DNA of 64,000 nucleotides from an uncultured Candidatus Saccharibacteria bacterium (GCA_965231105.1 OZ246417.1:512908-576907), one strand, 5' to 3'; positions 9,820 through 19,262 are shown, numbered from the stretch's first letter. The notes: generated by a model from the letters alone, not told the origin. Translations and numbers: made by a program.

Positions 9820-10620
9820 CTATTTCCTTCGAGCTGCGTGAATAACATTATCGAAAAGAGCGCAGACAGTAAGCGGGCCGACTCCGCCTTTTTCTGGGGT
9901 GATAGTTATGTTTGGCAACTCCCGTACTTCTGGCGCGACGTCCCCAATAAGGCCATTTTTATCAGTTGCCACTCCCGCATCGACAATCACGACGTCTGGC
10001 TTAACCATATCTTTGGTTATAAGACCGGGTACACCGGTAGCACAAACAAGTACATCTGCTTCCCTCGTTAATGCAGAAAGGTTATCAACCGACTTATCCG
10101 CAACCGTAACATCAAGCTCAGAGGCCTGCCATATACGAGCAAGCGGGCGGCCAACTAACCGCCCATGACCAACAATAACGATCTTTTTGCCTTGTAAGTT
10201 AACGTTATATCCGGCAAGCAGCCAATTAATAGCCATCGGCGTCGCTGGATCAAACGTCGTATGTTCTGCAAGTCCATCGACATCTTTATCCGGGCTTACC
10301 GCATTCAGAATTTCTGTTGTTTGGGCAGGATCAGGTAATGGTATCTGGACAATAATTCCAAACACCGAAGGGTCACTGTTTAATTCAGTAATGCGCTCCA
10401 AAGCTTCGGACTGCTCAATCGTATGAACATCGACCTCAATACCTATGTCTGCACCGTAGTTCTGTTTAAGCTTCATGTAGCTGTCGACAACAGGATCGGG
10501 GTTGGTCCGGATAATTGCAAGTTTTGGTACGATTTTCGATGCTTGGCGCAACGACCGCGCCTCTCGAGCTTGGCGCTCTTTAATAAATCCAGCTATTTCT
10601 AAGCCATTTAAAAGTTTCAT
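9820..10620 (-). CDS. folD: bifunctional methylenetetrahydrofolate dehydrogenase/cyclohydrolase
   Basis: 266 aa. Motifs VIVGHGRLVGRPLA, GGVGPLTVCALFDN and DVDG. Confidence 0.9.
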   Translation of the reverse strand: MKLLNGLEIAGFIKERQAREARSLRQASKIVPKLAIIRTNPDPVVDSYMKLKQNYGADIGIEVDVHTIEQSEALERITELNSDPSVFGIIVQIPLPDPAQTTEILNAVSPDKDVDGLAEHTTFDPATPMAINWLLAGYNVNLQGKKIVIVGHGRLVGRPLARIWQASELDVTVADKSVDNLSALTREADVLVCATGVPGLITKDMVKPDVVIVDAGVATDKNGLIGDVAPEVRELPNITITPEKGGVGPLTVCALFDNVIHAARRK

Positions 10621-10715
10621 TATGTAAAGAGTATATAAGGGTCATCTGTTATTTACCACTACAACCCTTTGCATTAAACCTGTACAATAACAGTAACCAT
10701 AAGCCCTATTAATGC

Positions 10716-12623
10716 ATGATTAGAAACCCTGAAGAACTGACCAAACCGATCCGCATGGCTGTTGACCGACGTGCAGTGGTGTTTTCGCATGTCTCCTTAG
10801 CCCTTGTTCAAATTGTTCACACCATTCTTGATCCTGCATCGAATATCTACCACATCATAGCTTCAGGTATTTTTACTGTTATTCTTATTGGTCTGATTTT
10901 TTTGCGAACCTTCGATATGTTGCGTATTAATACCAGGCCCTTGATGTATCTCATCATCTTTAATATTGTTGCGTTTGCGGGTATTGGCTTCGTATCTGAT
11001 CCAGCTACTCCTTATGCAGTGGTAATGTTCTTTATCGTCTTCTTCAGTAACCTCTACTACGGTGCCCCCGGTGTATGGATAACCGTTGCGCTCTTTGGTA
11101 TTACTACAGTATTTAAGGCTCTCTACTATGGCTTTGTAGAAGGTGGAACACTTGTTGATCAGATGAATATCATCGCTACATTCCTCGTCTTTGCGGCCAC
11201 GTGTAGCGTGTTTGTAAACATTCAGAAAGTGTTTGATTGGGACCGTGCGCGCTTACACGACACTATTAAAGAGGCCCTTGTTGAGCAGCGACGCTTACGT
11301 GCGCTCATCAACAACATGACAGAAAGTGTGTTGGTTCTTGATAAAGAGGGGATCATCCGTCTTTATAACGCCGCTGCACTTGCACTTTTTGATACCAATA
11401 ACAGTTTGAGCGATAAGCCCTTAGATGGCTTTGCCAAATTAGAGGATGAAAAAGGTAAGATCATTACCGCTTTTGATCTTATGCCTAAAGATACACGGCC
11501 TATTATCCGAAGCGATATTATGCTGCGCTACGGCAGTGATGACACTGCCGCTTTAAGCGTAGTGGTAACGCCTATTCGTTCTACTTTTGGGCAAGAAAAA
11601 GACGAAGCAGGTTTCGTTATGACGCTGAGAGATATCACCAAAGAAAAATCCCTCGAAGAGGAACGAGACGAATTTATCTCTGTTATTTCTCACGAGCTAC
11701 GTACCCCTGTAACCGTTGCCGAAGCCGGCGTGTCTAATGCTCTTCTTTTGGTTGAAAAGATAGAAGGTAATGAAAAAATTAAGGATTCGCTCAAAACAGC
11801 CCACGATCAGTCGGTCTACCTGGCCAACATGCTGAACGACCTTACTACCTTTGCACGAGCCGAAAAGGGCACGCTTGAACTTAATCTTGAAGAGTTTGAT
11901 CCACGCGAAATGCTTGAGCAATTAATGAATGATTACCATAAAGCGGTTGAGGCCAAAAAGATGGCTATTCGCTTTGTGGCTGATCCTTCAACACCCTTGC
12001 GAATGGCTTCGAACCGTCTTTATATTCGGGAGATTTTGCAGAACTTTATTACAAATGCCATCAAATACAGCGATAAGGGCACTATTACCTTGTCTGCCCG
12101 GGCAAAAGATAACGGCATTTTATTTAGCGTTGCGGATGAGGGTATTGGTATTTCCACCAGCGATCAGAAGAAAATCTTTGAGAAATTCTTTAGAGCTGAA
12201 GATTATCGCACCCGTTCAACCAATGGTACTGGACTTGGACTCTATATTACTAAGAAGCTGGCAAAGATATTGGATGCCCGTTTTGAAGTACAAAGTGAAG
12301 TCGGTAAGGGTTCTACCTTCTCTATTTATGTCCCAGATAAAAGTGATGTATTGGCTGCCAAGAAGCAGGCCGAAACTCAGGAAAAGGCTCCTGCAACACC
12401 TCCCCAAACACCACCCGCTCCTTCAACCCCTGCGCCAACACTTACTCCTCCGCCAACTCAACCAGCTCCTCCTGCTGCCTCTCCCGCCCCTGTTTCAGGC
12501 TCAACGCTTTCTCCTTTATCACCATCGGTAACAGGTCTCGCCTCCTCGCCCTCGACTACGCCACAACCAGCACCTGCTGCACCAGTCGCTGCGGCAAGCT
12601 CAAATACTATCCCTTCAATCTGA
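10716..12623 (+). CDS. membrane sensor histidine kinase (PAS-HisKA-HATPase) with a Pro-rich C-terminal tail
   Basis: H-box ISHELRTPVT, N-box NAIKYS, DEGIGIS, GTGLGLY. A PAS-like segment (MTESVLVLDKEGIIRLYN) and 5-6 N-terminal TM helices are present. Confidence 0.9.
   Translation: MIRNPEELTKPIRMAVDRRAVVFSHVSLALVQIVHTILDPASNIYHIIASGIFTVILIGLIFLRTFDMLRINTRPLMYLIIFNIVAFAGIGFVSDPATPYAVVMFFIVFFSNLYYGAPGVWITVALFGITTVFKALYYGFVEGGTLVDQMNIIATFLVFAATCSVFVNIQKVFDWDRARLHDTIKEALVEQRRLRALINNMTESVLVLDKEGIIRLYNAAALALFDTNNSLSDKPLDGFAKLEDEKGKIITAFDLMPKDTRPIIRSDIMLRYGSDDTAALSVVVTPIRSTFGQEKDEAGFVMTLRDITKEKSLEEERDEFISVISHELRTPVTVAEAGVSNALLLVEKIEGNEKIKDSLKTAHDQSVYLANMLNDLTTFARAEKGTLELNLEEFDPREMLEQLMNDYHKAVEAKKMAIRFVADPSTPLRMASNRLYIREILQNFITNAIKYSDKGTITLSARAKDNGILFSVADEGIGISTSDQKKIFEKFFRAEDYRTRSTNGTGLGLYITKKLAKILDARFEVQSEVGKGSTFSIYVPDKSDVLAAKKQAETQEKAPATPPQTPPAPSTPAPTLTPPPTQPAPPAASPAPVSGSTLSPLSPSVTGLASSPSTTPQPAPAAPVAAASSNTIPSI
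12357..12620 (+). repeat. low-complexity Pro/Ala/Thr/Ser-rich tail (~88 aa) appended after the kinase ATPase domain
   Basis: Translation reads PATPPQTPPAPSTPAPTLTPPPTQPAPPAASPAP... Confidence 0.8.
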
Positions 12624-12666
12624 AAAATTAGATATTAAGCATAAGAATTAATACTATGCATAAGTA

Positions 12667-12695
12667 TTGACTATTTTGCAATAAATTGGTATACT
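12667..12695 (+). promoter_or_regulatory. sigma70-type promoter of the cslA-like/glxA-like operon
   Basis: TTGACT(12667)-N17-TGgTATACT(12690-12695). This predicts an ~75-nt leader before the ATG at 12776. Confidence 0.6.
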
Positions 12696-12775
12696 CGTGC
12701 TTAAGTTGCTTGGCTCAAAGGTGGGTCCCGCCTAGCTGGGAACGAGGAGGGCAATATTAAACTTAATTTTTTGGT

Positions 12776-14530
12776 ATGCCCTACACACGTACCCCTAAAT
12801 ATGACTACCGGAAATTCAGTCAGCTGGTTGGACCGCTGAGCCGAAAATTTGGTAAAAATTATCGCGTCAAATATCGACGCCTTACCCGAAAAAGCGACAC
12901 CATAAAGGCGCTTTTGCTCGCTATTGTGAACCTCGGTATGGGTATTACCTTTCTTGTATGGCTATTCCTATCCCTGTTATTTGACCCACGTATTACTGAA
13001 AACGGTTTTACCACCGGCTTCATCATCGTACTTATCGGTATTTTTATCATTGAGAGCTTCCGTATTATCAACACCGCCATTCTCTGTTTTTCGGCGCTCA
13101 CCGCAAAAGATCCAATTCCGGTAAGTCCTGAGCGCGGTACGCGTATTGCCTTTACTACAACTATTGTTCCGAGCAAGGAGCCATTTGAAATTGTCGAGAA
13201 GACTTTACGAGGCATGCTCAAGGTCAAGCACAGTGGCACCCTTGATATTTGGCTGCTTGATGAAGGTAACGACCCAAGCATTAAAAAAGCCTGTGAAGCG
13301 ATGGGCGTACATCACTTTAGCCGTAAGGGTAAGAAAAAGTGGAACACTGAATCAGGTCGTTTTAAAGCAAAGACGAAGCACGGTAACCACAATGCATGGC
13401 TCGCTGCTCATGGCAAGAACTATGATTATGTTCTATCCGTAGACCCAGACCATGTGCCGTTACCTAACTTTGCAAAGCGTTTACTTGGTTACTTCCGCGA
13501 TCCAAATGTGGCATTCGTGGTTGGACCGCAGGTGTATGGTAACTACGATAATCCGGTAACCAAGGGCGCAGAATCACAAGCCTATATTTTCCAGGCAGCT
13601 ATTCAGCGCGCCGGCAACACCTATCATTCCGCCATGTTCGTCGGCACCAATCATGCCTACCGAGTAAAAACTTGGGACGCAATTGGTGGATTCCAGGACT
13701 CCATTACTGAAGATATGTACACTAGTCTCGTTGTACATAGCACGCGCAACAAGGAAACCGGTGAGTTTTGGCGCTCTGTATATACGCCTGACGTGGTGGC
13801 CGTTGGTGAAGGCCCCTCTTCATGGACGGACTTTTTCTCACAACAGCTTCGTTGGTCTCGTGGTTCAAACGAAGTCTTACTCATGAAGTATCTCAAGCTC
13901 TTCTTTAAGCTTCCACTCCGCTCGAAGCTTCACTACAGCATGATCATTTCATATTACCCAACTGTTGCAATTAGCTGGGCGCTCGGCATTTTTGTCAGCA
14001 TGCTCTATCTCGTACTCGGTGAGGCCGGTGTGCAAATTGCTGGTGAAATTTGGCTTGCTCTCTATGTTGATATTTTTGTCGTTCAAATTATGCTTTACGG
14101 CTGGCTCCGTAAATACAATGTGAGTCCACATGAAGAGGCAGGCAGCGTTGGTTTTGCGGGCATGGTCTTCTCTATGCTTTCAGCTCCAATTTATACCACT
14201 TCACTGATCTCAACAGTACTCCGTCGCAAGGTAGGATTCGTGGTCACGCCAAAGGGTGATTCAACCTCACCAGACAACTGGGCAACCTTCAAAAAACACC
14301 TTATGTGGGCGGGTATTGTTGTGATGTTCTTTATCTACAGCATCATCTCTCACAATGTGTATCCAGCCGTTAAGGCATGGTGTCTACTCGTGCTAGCTAT
14401 CTGTCTGGGTCCTGTTATTCAGTGGCAAATAAGCATCTGGCACGAAACAAAGAAGCGTATTCAAGCGTCTTTCAAAGACTCTTTCCGCTTACGTCGTATT
14501 GATCATCAACATATCGAGGAGGCTTCATGA
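12776..14530 (+). CDS. processive family-2 glycosyltransferase, cellulose-synthase-like (CslA/BcsA-like)
   Basis: Motifs DIWLLDEGND, SVDPDH, TEDMYTS and QQLRWSRG (QxxRW). TM helices flank the catalytic domain. Confidence 0.85.
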   Translation: MPYTRTPKYDYRKFSQLVGPLSRKFGKNYRVKYRRLTRKSDTIKALLLAIVNLGMGITFLVWLFLSLLFDPRITENGFTTGFIIVLIGIFIIESFRIINTAILCFSALTAKDPIPVSPERGTRIAFTTTIVPSKEPFEIVEKTLRGMLKVKHSGTLDIWLLDEGNDPSIKKACEAMGVHHFSRKGKKKWNTESGRFKAKTKHGNHNAWLAAHGKNYDYVLSVDPDHVPLPNFAKRLLGYFRDPNVAFVVGPQVYGNYDNPVTKGAESQAYIFQAAIQRAGNTYHSAMFVGTNHAYRVKTWDAIGGFQDSITEDMYTSLVVHSTRNKETGEFWRSVYTPDVVAVGEGPSSWTDFFSQQLRWSRGSNEVLLMKYLKLFFKLPLRSKLHYSMIISYYPTVAISWALGIFVSMLYLVLGEAGVQIAGEIWLALYVDIFVVQIMLYGWLRKYNVSPHEEAGSVGFAGMVFSMLSAPIYTTSLISTVLRRKVGFVVTPKGDSTSPDNWATFKKHLMWAGIVVMFFIYSIISHNVYPAVKAWCLLVLAICLGPVIQWQISIWHETKKRIQASFKDSFRLRRIDHQHIEEAS

Positions 14531-16095
14531 AAAAGCGTCGTATCTTCACTACCCGTCGAATAAGCTATTTTATTGCGACGCTGCTTGTATTAGCAGTTAA
14601 TGCCAACGCCTGGGTTGAACCGGTTGTTGCGCAAGTAGACTATATTTTGTCTAACCGTTATTCCGTAATCATCAAGGATGGTAAGTGGGAAACTGCAAAA
14701 CATAACTCCCCAGTAAACTCAATTCATGCTGCTCTTCTTAATACCGGCAAGGTCCTCCTTATTGCAGGTTCTGGCAACAATGAAAAGCGTTTTGAACAGC
14801 AAAGCTTCCGCTCTGTCATTTGGGACCCTGCGACTGGTGAATTTAAGGATATTCCAACACCATGGGACGCGTTCTGTGCTGGCCACATTTTCCTTCCAGA
14901 CGGCAAGCTCCTGGTTGCTGGCGGTACCAAGGGCTACGAAGACCTTGAGCAAACTCCAAAGCTTGAATTCCAGGGCTTAAAAGATTCCTACATCTTTGAC
15001 CCTGGTACTGAACGCTATGAAAAAGTTGATGACATGAACTTTGCCCGCTGGTACCCAACGCTCGTTGGTTTAGCCGATGGTTCTGTCCTTGCATCTTCAG
15101 GTCTCGATGAGCATGGCAACATCTTATGGGGTCAGACCGAAATTTATGACCCAACAACCAAGGACTGGGTTGACCGTCCTGACTTAAACCGTCCATTCCC
15201 AACATATCCTGCACTTCTCCTTACCAATGATGGCCGTCTTTTCTATAGCGGTTCAAATGCTGGATATGGTTCAACCGAAGTTGGCCGTACACCTGGTTTC
15301 TGGGATTTAAGCAATAACACCTTCCAGGATGTTCCTGGCCTAGAAGAAGCCGACCTCATGGAGACCAGCGCAACGGTTATGCTGCCACCGGCACAAGATC
15401 AGCGTGTGATGGTACTCGGTGGTGGTGGCGTCGGTGACTCACCAGTTGCCAGCGACCGTACTGCTATCGTTGATCTCGATGAAGCCAATCCAAGCTTTGT
15501 GAGCGGTCCAGACCTTAAAGAGGCTACTCGTTATCCAAATGTTGTTATCCTGCCAGACGACACCGTTTTGCAAACCGGTGGCTCACGCGGATACCGCAAA
15601 GACGATGTTCTTGTAACTCAAATCTTTAATCCAAAGACCAATGAATTTAGAGAAGTTGCATCACCACGCGTTGGTCGCAACTATCACTCAGAAGCGTTAC
15701 TGCTTCCTGATGGTCGTGTTGCTACCTTTGGTTCCGACACCCTCGGTGGCCGTTTCGAAATGCGTATTGAAGTCTATTCACCTGCATATATGTTCCGAGA
15801 CTCACGCCCAACGGTGAAGATCGAAAACAAGGAAATTACCCAAGGCGGCAGTTTCCATTTCGATACATCTACCCCGGCCAATATAGCAACCGCTAAGCTT
15901 ATTCGCCCAAGTTCAGTTACGCATGTAACCGATGTTGAGCAGCGTTCAATTACCCTGGACTTCGTTCCAAACGAGACCGGTATTACTGCTACCATCCCAG
16001 AAAATCCAAATCTCGTTCCAGCCGGCTGGTACATGATGTTCGTTACTGACCAGCAAGGCACCCCATCGGTTGCTGAGTGGGTGCACGTTCAGTAG
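14527..16095 (+). CDS. GlxA-like radical copper oxidase (glyoxal/galactose oxidase family with a DUF1929 C-terminal domain)
   Basis: N-terminal anchor. AFCAGH (Cys of the Tyr-Cys cofactor), ARWYPT (Tyr), NYHSEA (Tyr-His ligands), VTHVTDVEQR (His ligand). Kelch-like repeats. A 4-nt overlap with the upstream GT2. Confidence 0.85.
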   Translation: MKKRRIFTTRRISYFIATLLVLAVNANAWVEPVVAQVDYILSNRYSVIIKDGKWETAKHNSPVNSIHAALLNTGKVLLIAGSGNNEKRFEQQSFRSVIWDPATGEFKDIPTPWDAFCAGHIFLPDGKLLVAGGTKGYEDLEQTPKLEFQGLKDSYIFDPGTERYEKVDDMNFARWYPTLVGLADGSVLASSGLDEHGNILWGQTEIYDPTTKDWVDRPDLNRPFPTYPALLLTNDGRLFYSGSNAGYGSTEVGRTPGFWDLSNNTFQDVPGLEEADLMETSATVMLPPAQDQRVMVLGGGGVGDSPVASDRTAIVDLDEANPSFVSGPDLKEATRYPNVVILPDDTVLQTGGSRGYRKDDVLVTQIFNPKTNEFREVASPRVGRNYHSEALLLPDGRVATFGSDTLGGRFEMRIEVYSPAYMFRDSRPTVKIENKEITQGGSFHFDTSTPANIATAKLIRPSSVTHVTDVEQRSITLDFVPNETGITATIPENPNLVPAGWYMMFVTDQQGTPSVAEWVHVQ

Positions 16096-16545
16096 CTAAC
16101 GAGCTCTGATCGAAAACTCAATCGAAGCTTTGTCTCGCAAGTGATCATGCAGGCGATAGTCGCCGGCTTGCAAGGCATCAATAGCGATGAATTCGTTTGG
16201 CCTAATCTGCGTCTCTATATAACCAGGATAGTTTATGTGGCTTTCATACACACCAAATGCAAGCTCGTATATTTGTGTATCTAGATTAACTACCTTAATG
16301 ACGTCACACTGATTAAGGACGAGAGAGCTTTGAGAAAAGGCATCGTCCTTTAGAGTTAGAACGTGTTCAGCACCCGGTAATGCGCACAGTGGTTTCTTCA
16401 AAAAACGGTTGTATGCACCAAATCCCACAAGCACGAGGGTAACCACGATAACCGCTATATCCATTTTGCGCAAACCTAAGAAAGCCCCCTTAGTGGACTC
16501 GGCTTTTTGTTTTGGTTTTACCGACTTTGTAGTTCTGGTGGCCAT
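16096..16545 (-). CDS. small membrane-anchored cupredoxin-like protein lacking the canonical Cys ligand
   Basis: Its pattern (VLTLKDDAFSQSSLVLNQCDVIKVVNLD ... AGDYRLHDHLRDKASIEFSI) parallels plastocyanin-fold domains. The start is ambiguous (16545 or 16464). Confidence 0.5.
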   Translation of the reverse strand: MATRTTKSVKPKQKAESTKGAFLGLRKMDIAVIVVTLVLVGFGAYNRFLKKPLCALPGAEHVLTLKDDAFSQSSLVLNQCDVIKVVNLDTQIYELAFGVYESHINYPGYIETQIRPNEFIAIDALQAGDYRLHDHLRDKASIEFSIRAR

Positions 16546-17669
16546 CGTTCTATTAAACCTATAGCATATTCTGGCCACCAATTGCCAGCTTTTGGTCCAT
16601 TAAAGCACTTATTTGGGTTGGGATCGGAGCCATCAGACTCACCTGGACGTTTAATGTATAAGAAGGCATCAACAAGTGGATGACCAGTCTTCGTGGTAGG
16701 ATGACGACCTAAAGCACGTCCTGGTGGGTTACACCAGTCATGGCTTGGATAAGCCTGATTGTCATAGGGTCCAAGGCCATTTCGTGATGTATCGATCACA
16801 AAATGCTTGCCGTCCAGTAGCCCCGCAATAACTTCACCGAAACGGATCGTATCAACTGTGGTTTGAAAGTTAGAGACATTAAGACTAAAGCCATCTGCCT
16901 TAGCGACACCAGCTTTTTTGAGCGTATCGGCTACACCAGACTGATTCTTGATCCAGTCACTGTTACCAGCATCAACATATACCGTTGTATTCGGTTGGGC
17001 CTTTAGCTTTTCAATGGCGTATTGCATCAGACGCATATAGGCATCTTGTTCTGCCGTACTTAAACAAGGCTGTCCACCATTTTCCGCAAACTGGACATAC
17101 GATAATGCATCTGGCTCAAGAATAATAATTGCCTTTGCATCTCCAATGGCAGCAGCAAATGTATCTATATATGACCGATAATCCGCTTCATCCTTTGCGC
17201 CACCAGCTGAGTATCCCCCGCAATCTCGATGTGGGAAATAATAACTTACCAATACCACAGTTTTGTCGTCCTGTGCTGCGGCAGCCACATATTCGCCCAA
17301 CTGTGCAGCTTCATCTTGGGTATTCACCCAGCGAGCTTGCGGTACGGCGGCCAATACATCCATAAGCTTAGCTCTCTCCGGCTGAGTTTCTCGCCATGCT
17401 GCTGCCTGGGTAGCTGCATTGGAGTCGGGAGAAACGTAGAGTTCAGCGCCTTGCAAGGGGTTTGGAGAGGGATTCAAAATGTGCGCAGCTTCAACCTGCG
17501 GTCCGGTTTGAATCGTTTCCGCTTTTTCGGGCTGTGGAGCAGCGGCTTTGTTGTTAAGAACTACAAAACCCGCAATAAACACCACGACCGCTATAGCTGG
17601 TGCGAGTACAAACGCTTTGCGAGTCGCGATACGCTTTACATACTGGCGCCAATTCTTTACTACCTTCAT
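16518..17669 (-). CDS. glycoside hydrolase family 6 (endoglucanase/cellobiohydrolase-like), membrane anchored
   Basis: GH6 signatures YFPHRDCGGYSAGG, IILEPDALS, IDTSRNG, WCNPPGRALG and IKRPGESDG. The ATG at 17669 has GAGG 4 nt upstream; the track start at 17678 is a TTG. Confidence 0.9.
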   Translation of the reverse strand: MKVVKNWRQYVKRIATRKAFVLAPAIAVVVFIAGFVVLNNKAAAPQPEKAETIQTGPQVEAAHILNPSPNPLQGAELYVSPDSNAATQAAAWRETQPERAKLMDVLAAVPQARWVNTQDEAAQLGEYVAAAAQDDKTVVLVSYYFPHRDCGGYSAGGAKDEADYRSYIDTFAAAIGDAKAIIILEPDALSYVQFAENGGQPCLSTAEQDAYMRLMQYAIEKLKAQPNTTVYVDAGNSDWIKNQSGVADTLKKAGVAKADGFSLNVSNFQTTVDTIRFGEVIAGLLDGKHFVIDTSRNGLGPYDNQAYPSHDWCNPPGRALGRHPTTKTGHPLVDAFLYIKRPGESDGSDPNPNKCFNGPKAGNWWPEYAIGLIERWPPELQSR

Positions 17670-17744
17670 ATACCTCAATCAAAAACACCCTGTTCAGAAT
17701 GCTATATTATTACAGATATAGATTCTAAAAGCAACCCGTAAGTC

Positions 17745-17773
17745 TTGCAAAAACAGGGGTAATTTGCTAAAAT
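17745..17773 (+). promoter_or_regulatory. candidate promoter for tRNA-Lys
   Basis: TTGCAA-N17-TAAAAT, about 45 nt upstream of the tRNA. Confidence 0.4.
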
Positions 17774-17817
17774 TTTGCCTTGTAGTATTACGTTTCTAAA
17801 AAACTAATATCACATCC

Positions 17818-17894
17818 GGGCCAGTAGCTCAGCTGGTTAGAGCGTCTGCCTCTTAAGCAGAATGTCGAGGGTTCGAGTCCCTCCTGGCCCTCCA
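17818..17894 (+). tRNA. tRNA-Lys (anticodon CTT), CCA encoded
   Basis: Manual cloverleaf: acceptor GGGCCAG/CTGGCCC, anticodon stem TCTGC/GCAGA with loop CTCTTAA, T-arm GAGGG-TTCGAGT-CCCTC. Confidence 0.9.
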
Positions 17895-17945
17895 AGAAAA
17901 TTGTAGAATTTATTTGTATAAAAGACTTCTAAACAGAGGTCTTTT

Positions 17946-19262
17946 TTATTTGTGGAATACGAGCTTCTTAGCAGTTTCCATGCCACTTTCTAATGCCCCG
18001 TTCATATAGCCCACATCAGCCGCGATATGTTCACCTGCAAAATATAAGTTGCCTGCGTTTTGTTTTAATACCGGCCTTAACTCAAACCACTGTTCGGGCT
18101 GCCATATAGAATATGCACCTCCCGCAAATTTGTCCCTATCCCAACGTTTCTGCAATACCTTTTCTAAATAGACTGTATTTTTCTTCTTAAGCTTTAGTGA
18201 GCGCAGAGTTTCTGCTAACTGCTCTTTTTCATTGAGCTTGTGGAATTTCTTTTGATAATCTCCGAATGTATAACTGTTTAGAGCTCCCCATTTGCTTGCA
18301 CGCTGCCTATCCGTGCTGTGATACACCTGGCATGCCGCAGTGTCGCTGTATACACCTGTCCGTTCTTTTTTCCAGAAGCGCTTGCTGAATATATAAGCAG
18401 TCTTAGTGATGTGGGCATAATCTAATTTCTCAAGCGCAAGCAGTGTTTCCGTTGGGATGCCCGCCTTACTCAAATCAAGGTCCAGAAGCGGCTTTGTGGG
18501 CAAGGTGCAGATAACTTTTTCAGCGGAAAAACTTTTTCCCGTTTCGTCGGTAATAGTTATTTTATCCTTCTTTTGAACAATAGAAGTCGCAACAAAACCA
18601 AGCTTAATTTTATCTTCGCCAATACGTTCAGCAAGTTTATGAACTATCTGGCTGTTGCCGCCGATTACTCGCAAATCATCACCATCCGGTTTATCTTTGT
18701 CTAAAGAAATGTTTCTATATAGCACGCTGTATGCCGACATATCTTTGAGCATGCAACCCATTATTGATCCCATGCGCGCTTGCAAAACTGCTTGAGTAAA
18801 GTCTGAGGTTTTCGTCTGTTTTAAATAATCTTCGAAACTTATTTTGTCGAGCTCGATGAGGCTTTCGGGTGTATACGAATTATTAATTTGACCCAGTAGC
18901 CTACTAAATTGTCTCTGCCATTTTGTTTGGAAGAGGCGACCACCCTCTTTCACATATCGGTCATCCACAAAAAGATCTCTGCCCGCCCTATGGGGAGCTA
19001 ATTCAAGACCCAAGACCCTACACAGATGCTTTATGCGCTTGTGGCCATAGCCAATCCATTCGCCACCAAGCTCAATGGTTAGAGCACCATCGTCAGTAGG
19101 TACAAGCTGGGTAAAGACCCGTCCACCAATACGCTTCCGTGCTTCAAGAATAAGAAAGTTATCTACACCCAGGTTTTTAAGTACATATGCTGCACCAAGA
19201 CCAGCGAGTCCAGCCCCCATAACAATGACATCATAATGTTCTGCTTTTGTAGATTGTTTCAT
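17946..19262 (-). CDS. FAD-dependent amine oxidase family protein
   Basis: N-terminal dinucleotide fold YDVIVMGAGLAGLGAA and C-terminal FAGEH motif. 438 aa. Confidence 0.8.
   Translation of the reverse strand: MKQSTKAEHYDVIVMGAGLAGLGAAYVLKNLGVDNFLILEARKRIGGRVFTQLVPTDDGALTIELGGEWIGYGHKRIKHLCRVLGLELAPHRAGRDLFVDDRYVKEGGRLFQTKWQRQFSRLLGQINNSYTPESLIELDKISFEDYLKQTKTSDFTQAVLQARMGSIMGCMLKDMSAYSVLYRNISLDKDKPDGDDLRVIGGNSQIVHKLAERIGEDKIKLGFVATSIVQKKDKITITDETGKSFSAEKVICTLPTKPLLDLDLSKAGIPTETLLALEKLDYAHITKTAYIFSKRFWKKERTGVYSDTAACQVYHSTDRQRASKWGALNSYTFGDYQKKFHKLNEKEQLAETLRSLKLKKKNTVYLEKVLQKRWDRDKFAGGAYSIWQPEQWFELRPVLKQNAGNLYFAGEHIAADVGYMNGALESGMETAKKLVFHK

Noticed and set aside
11929-12531. A 200-aa alternative-frame ORF inside the PAS histidine kinase.
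   Set aside because: The kinase frame carries all conserved HisKA and HATPase motifs. The alternative frame is Leu/Arg/Pro-rich noise.
12696-12775. An ~75-nt leader upstream of the cslA-like gene that contains GAGGAGG 26 nt before the ATG. I considered a c-di-GMP riboswitch or an attenuator.
   Set aside because: I could not recognise GEMM-type conserved nucleotides or a convincing terminator/antiterminator pair. The question should stay open until a covariance-model scan (Rfam/Infernal) is run.
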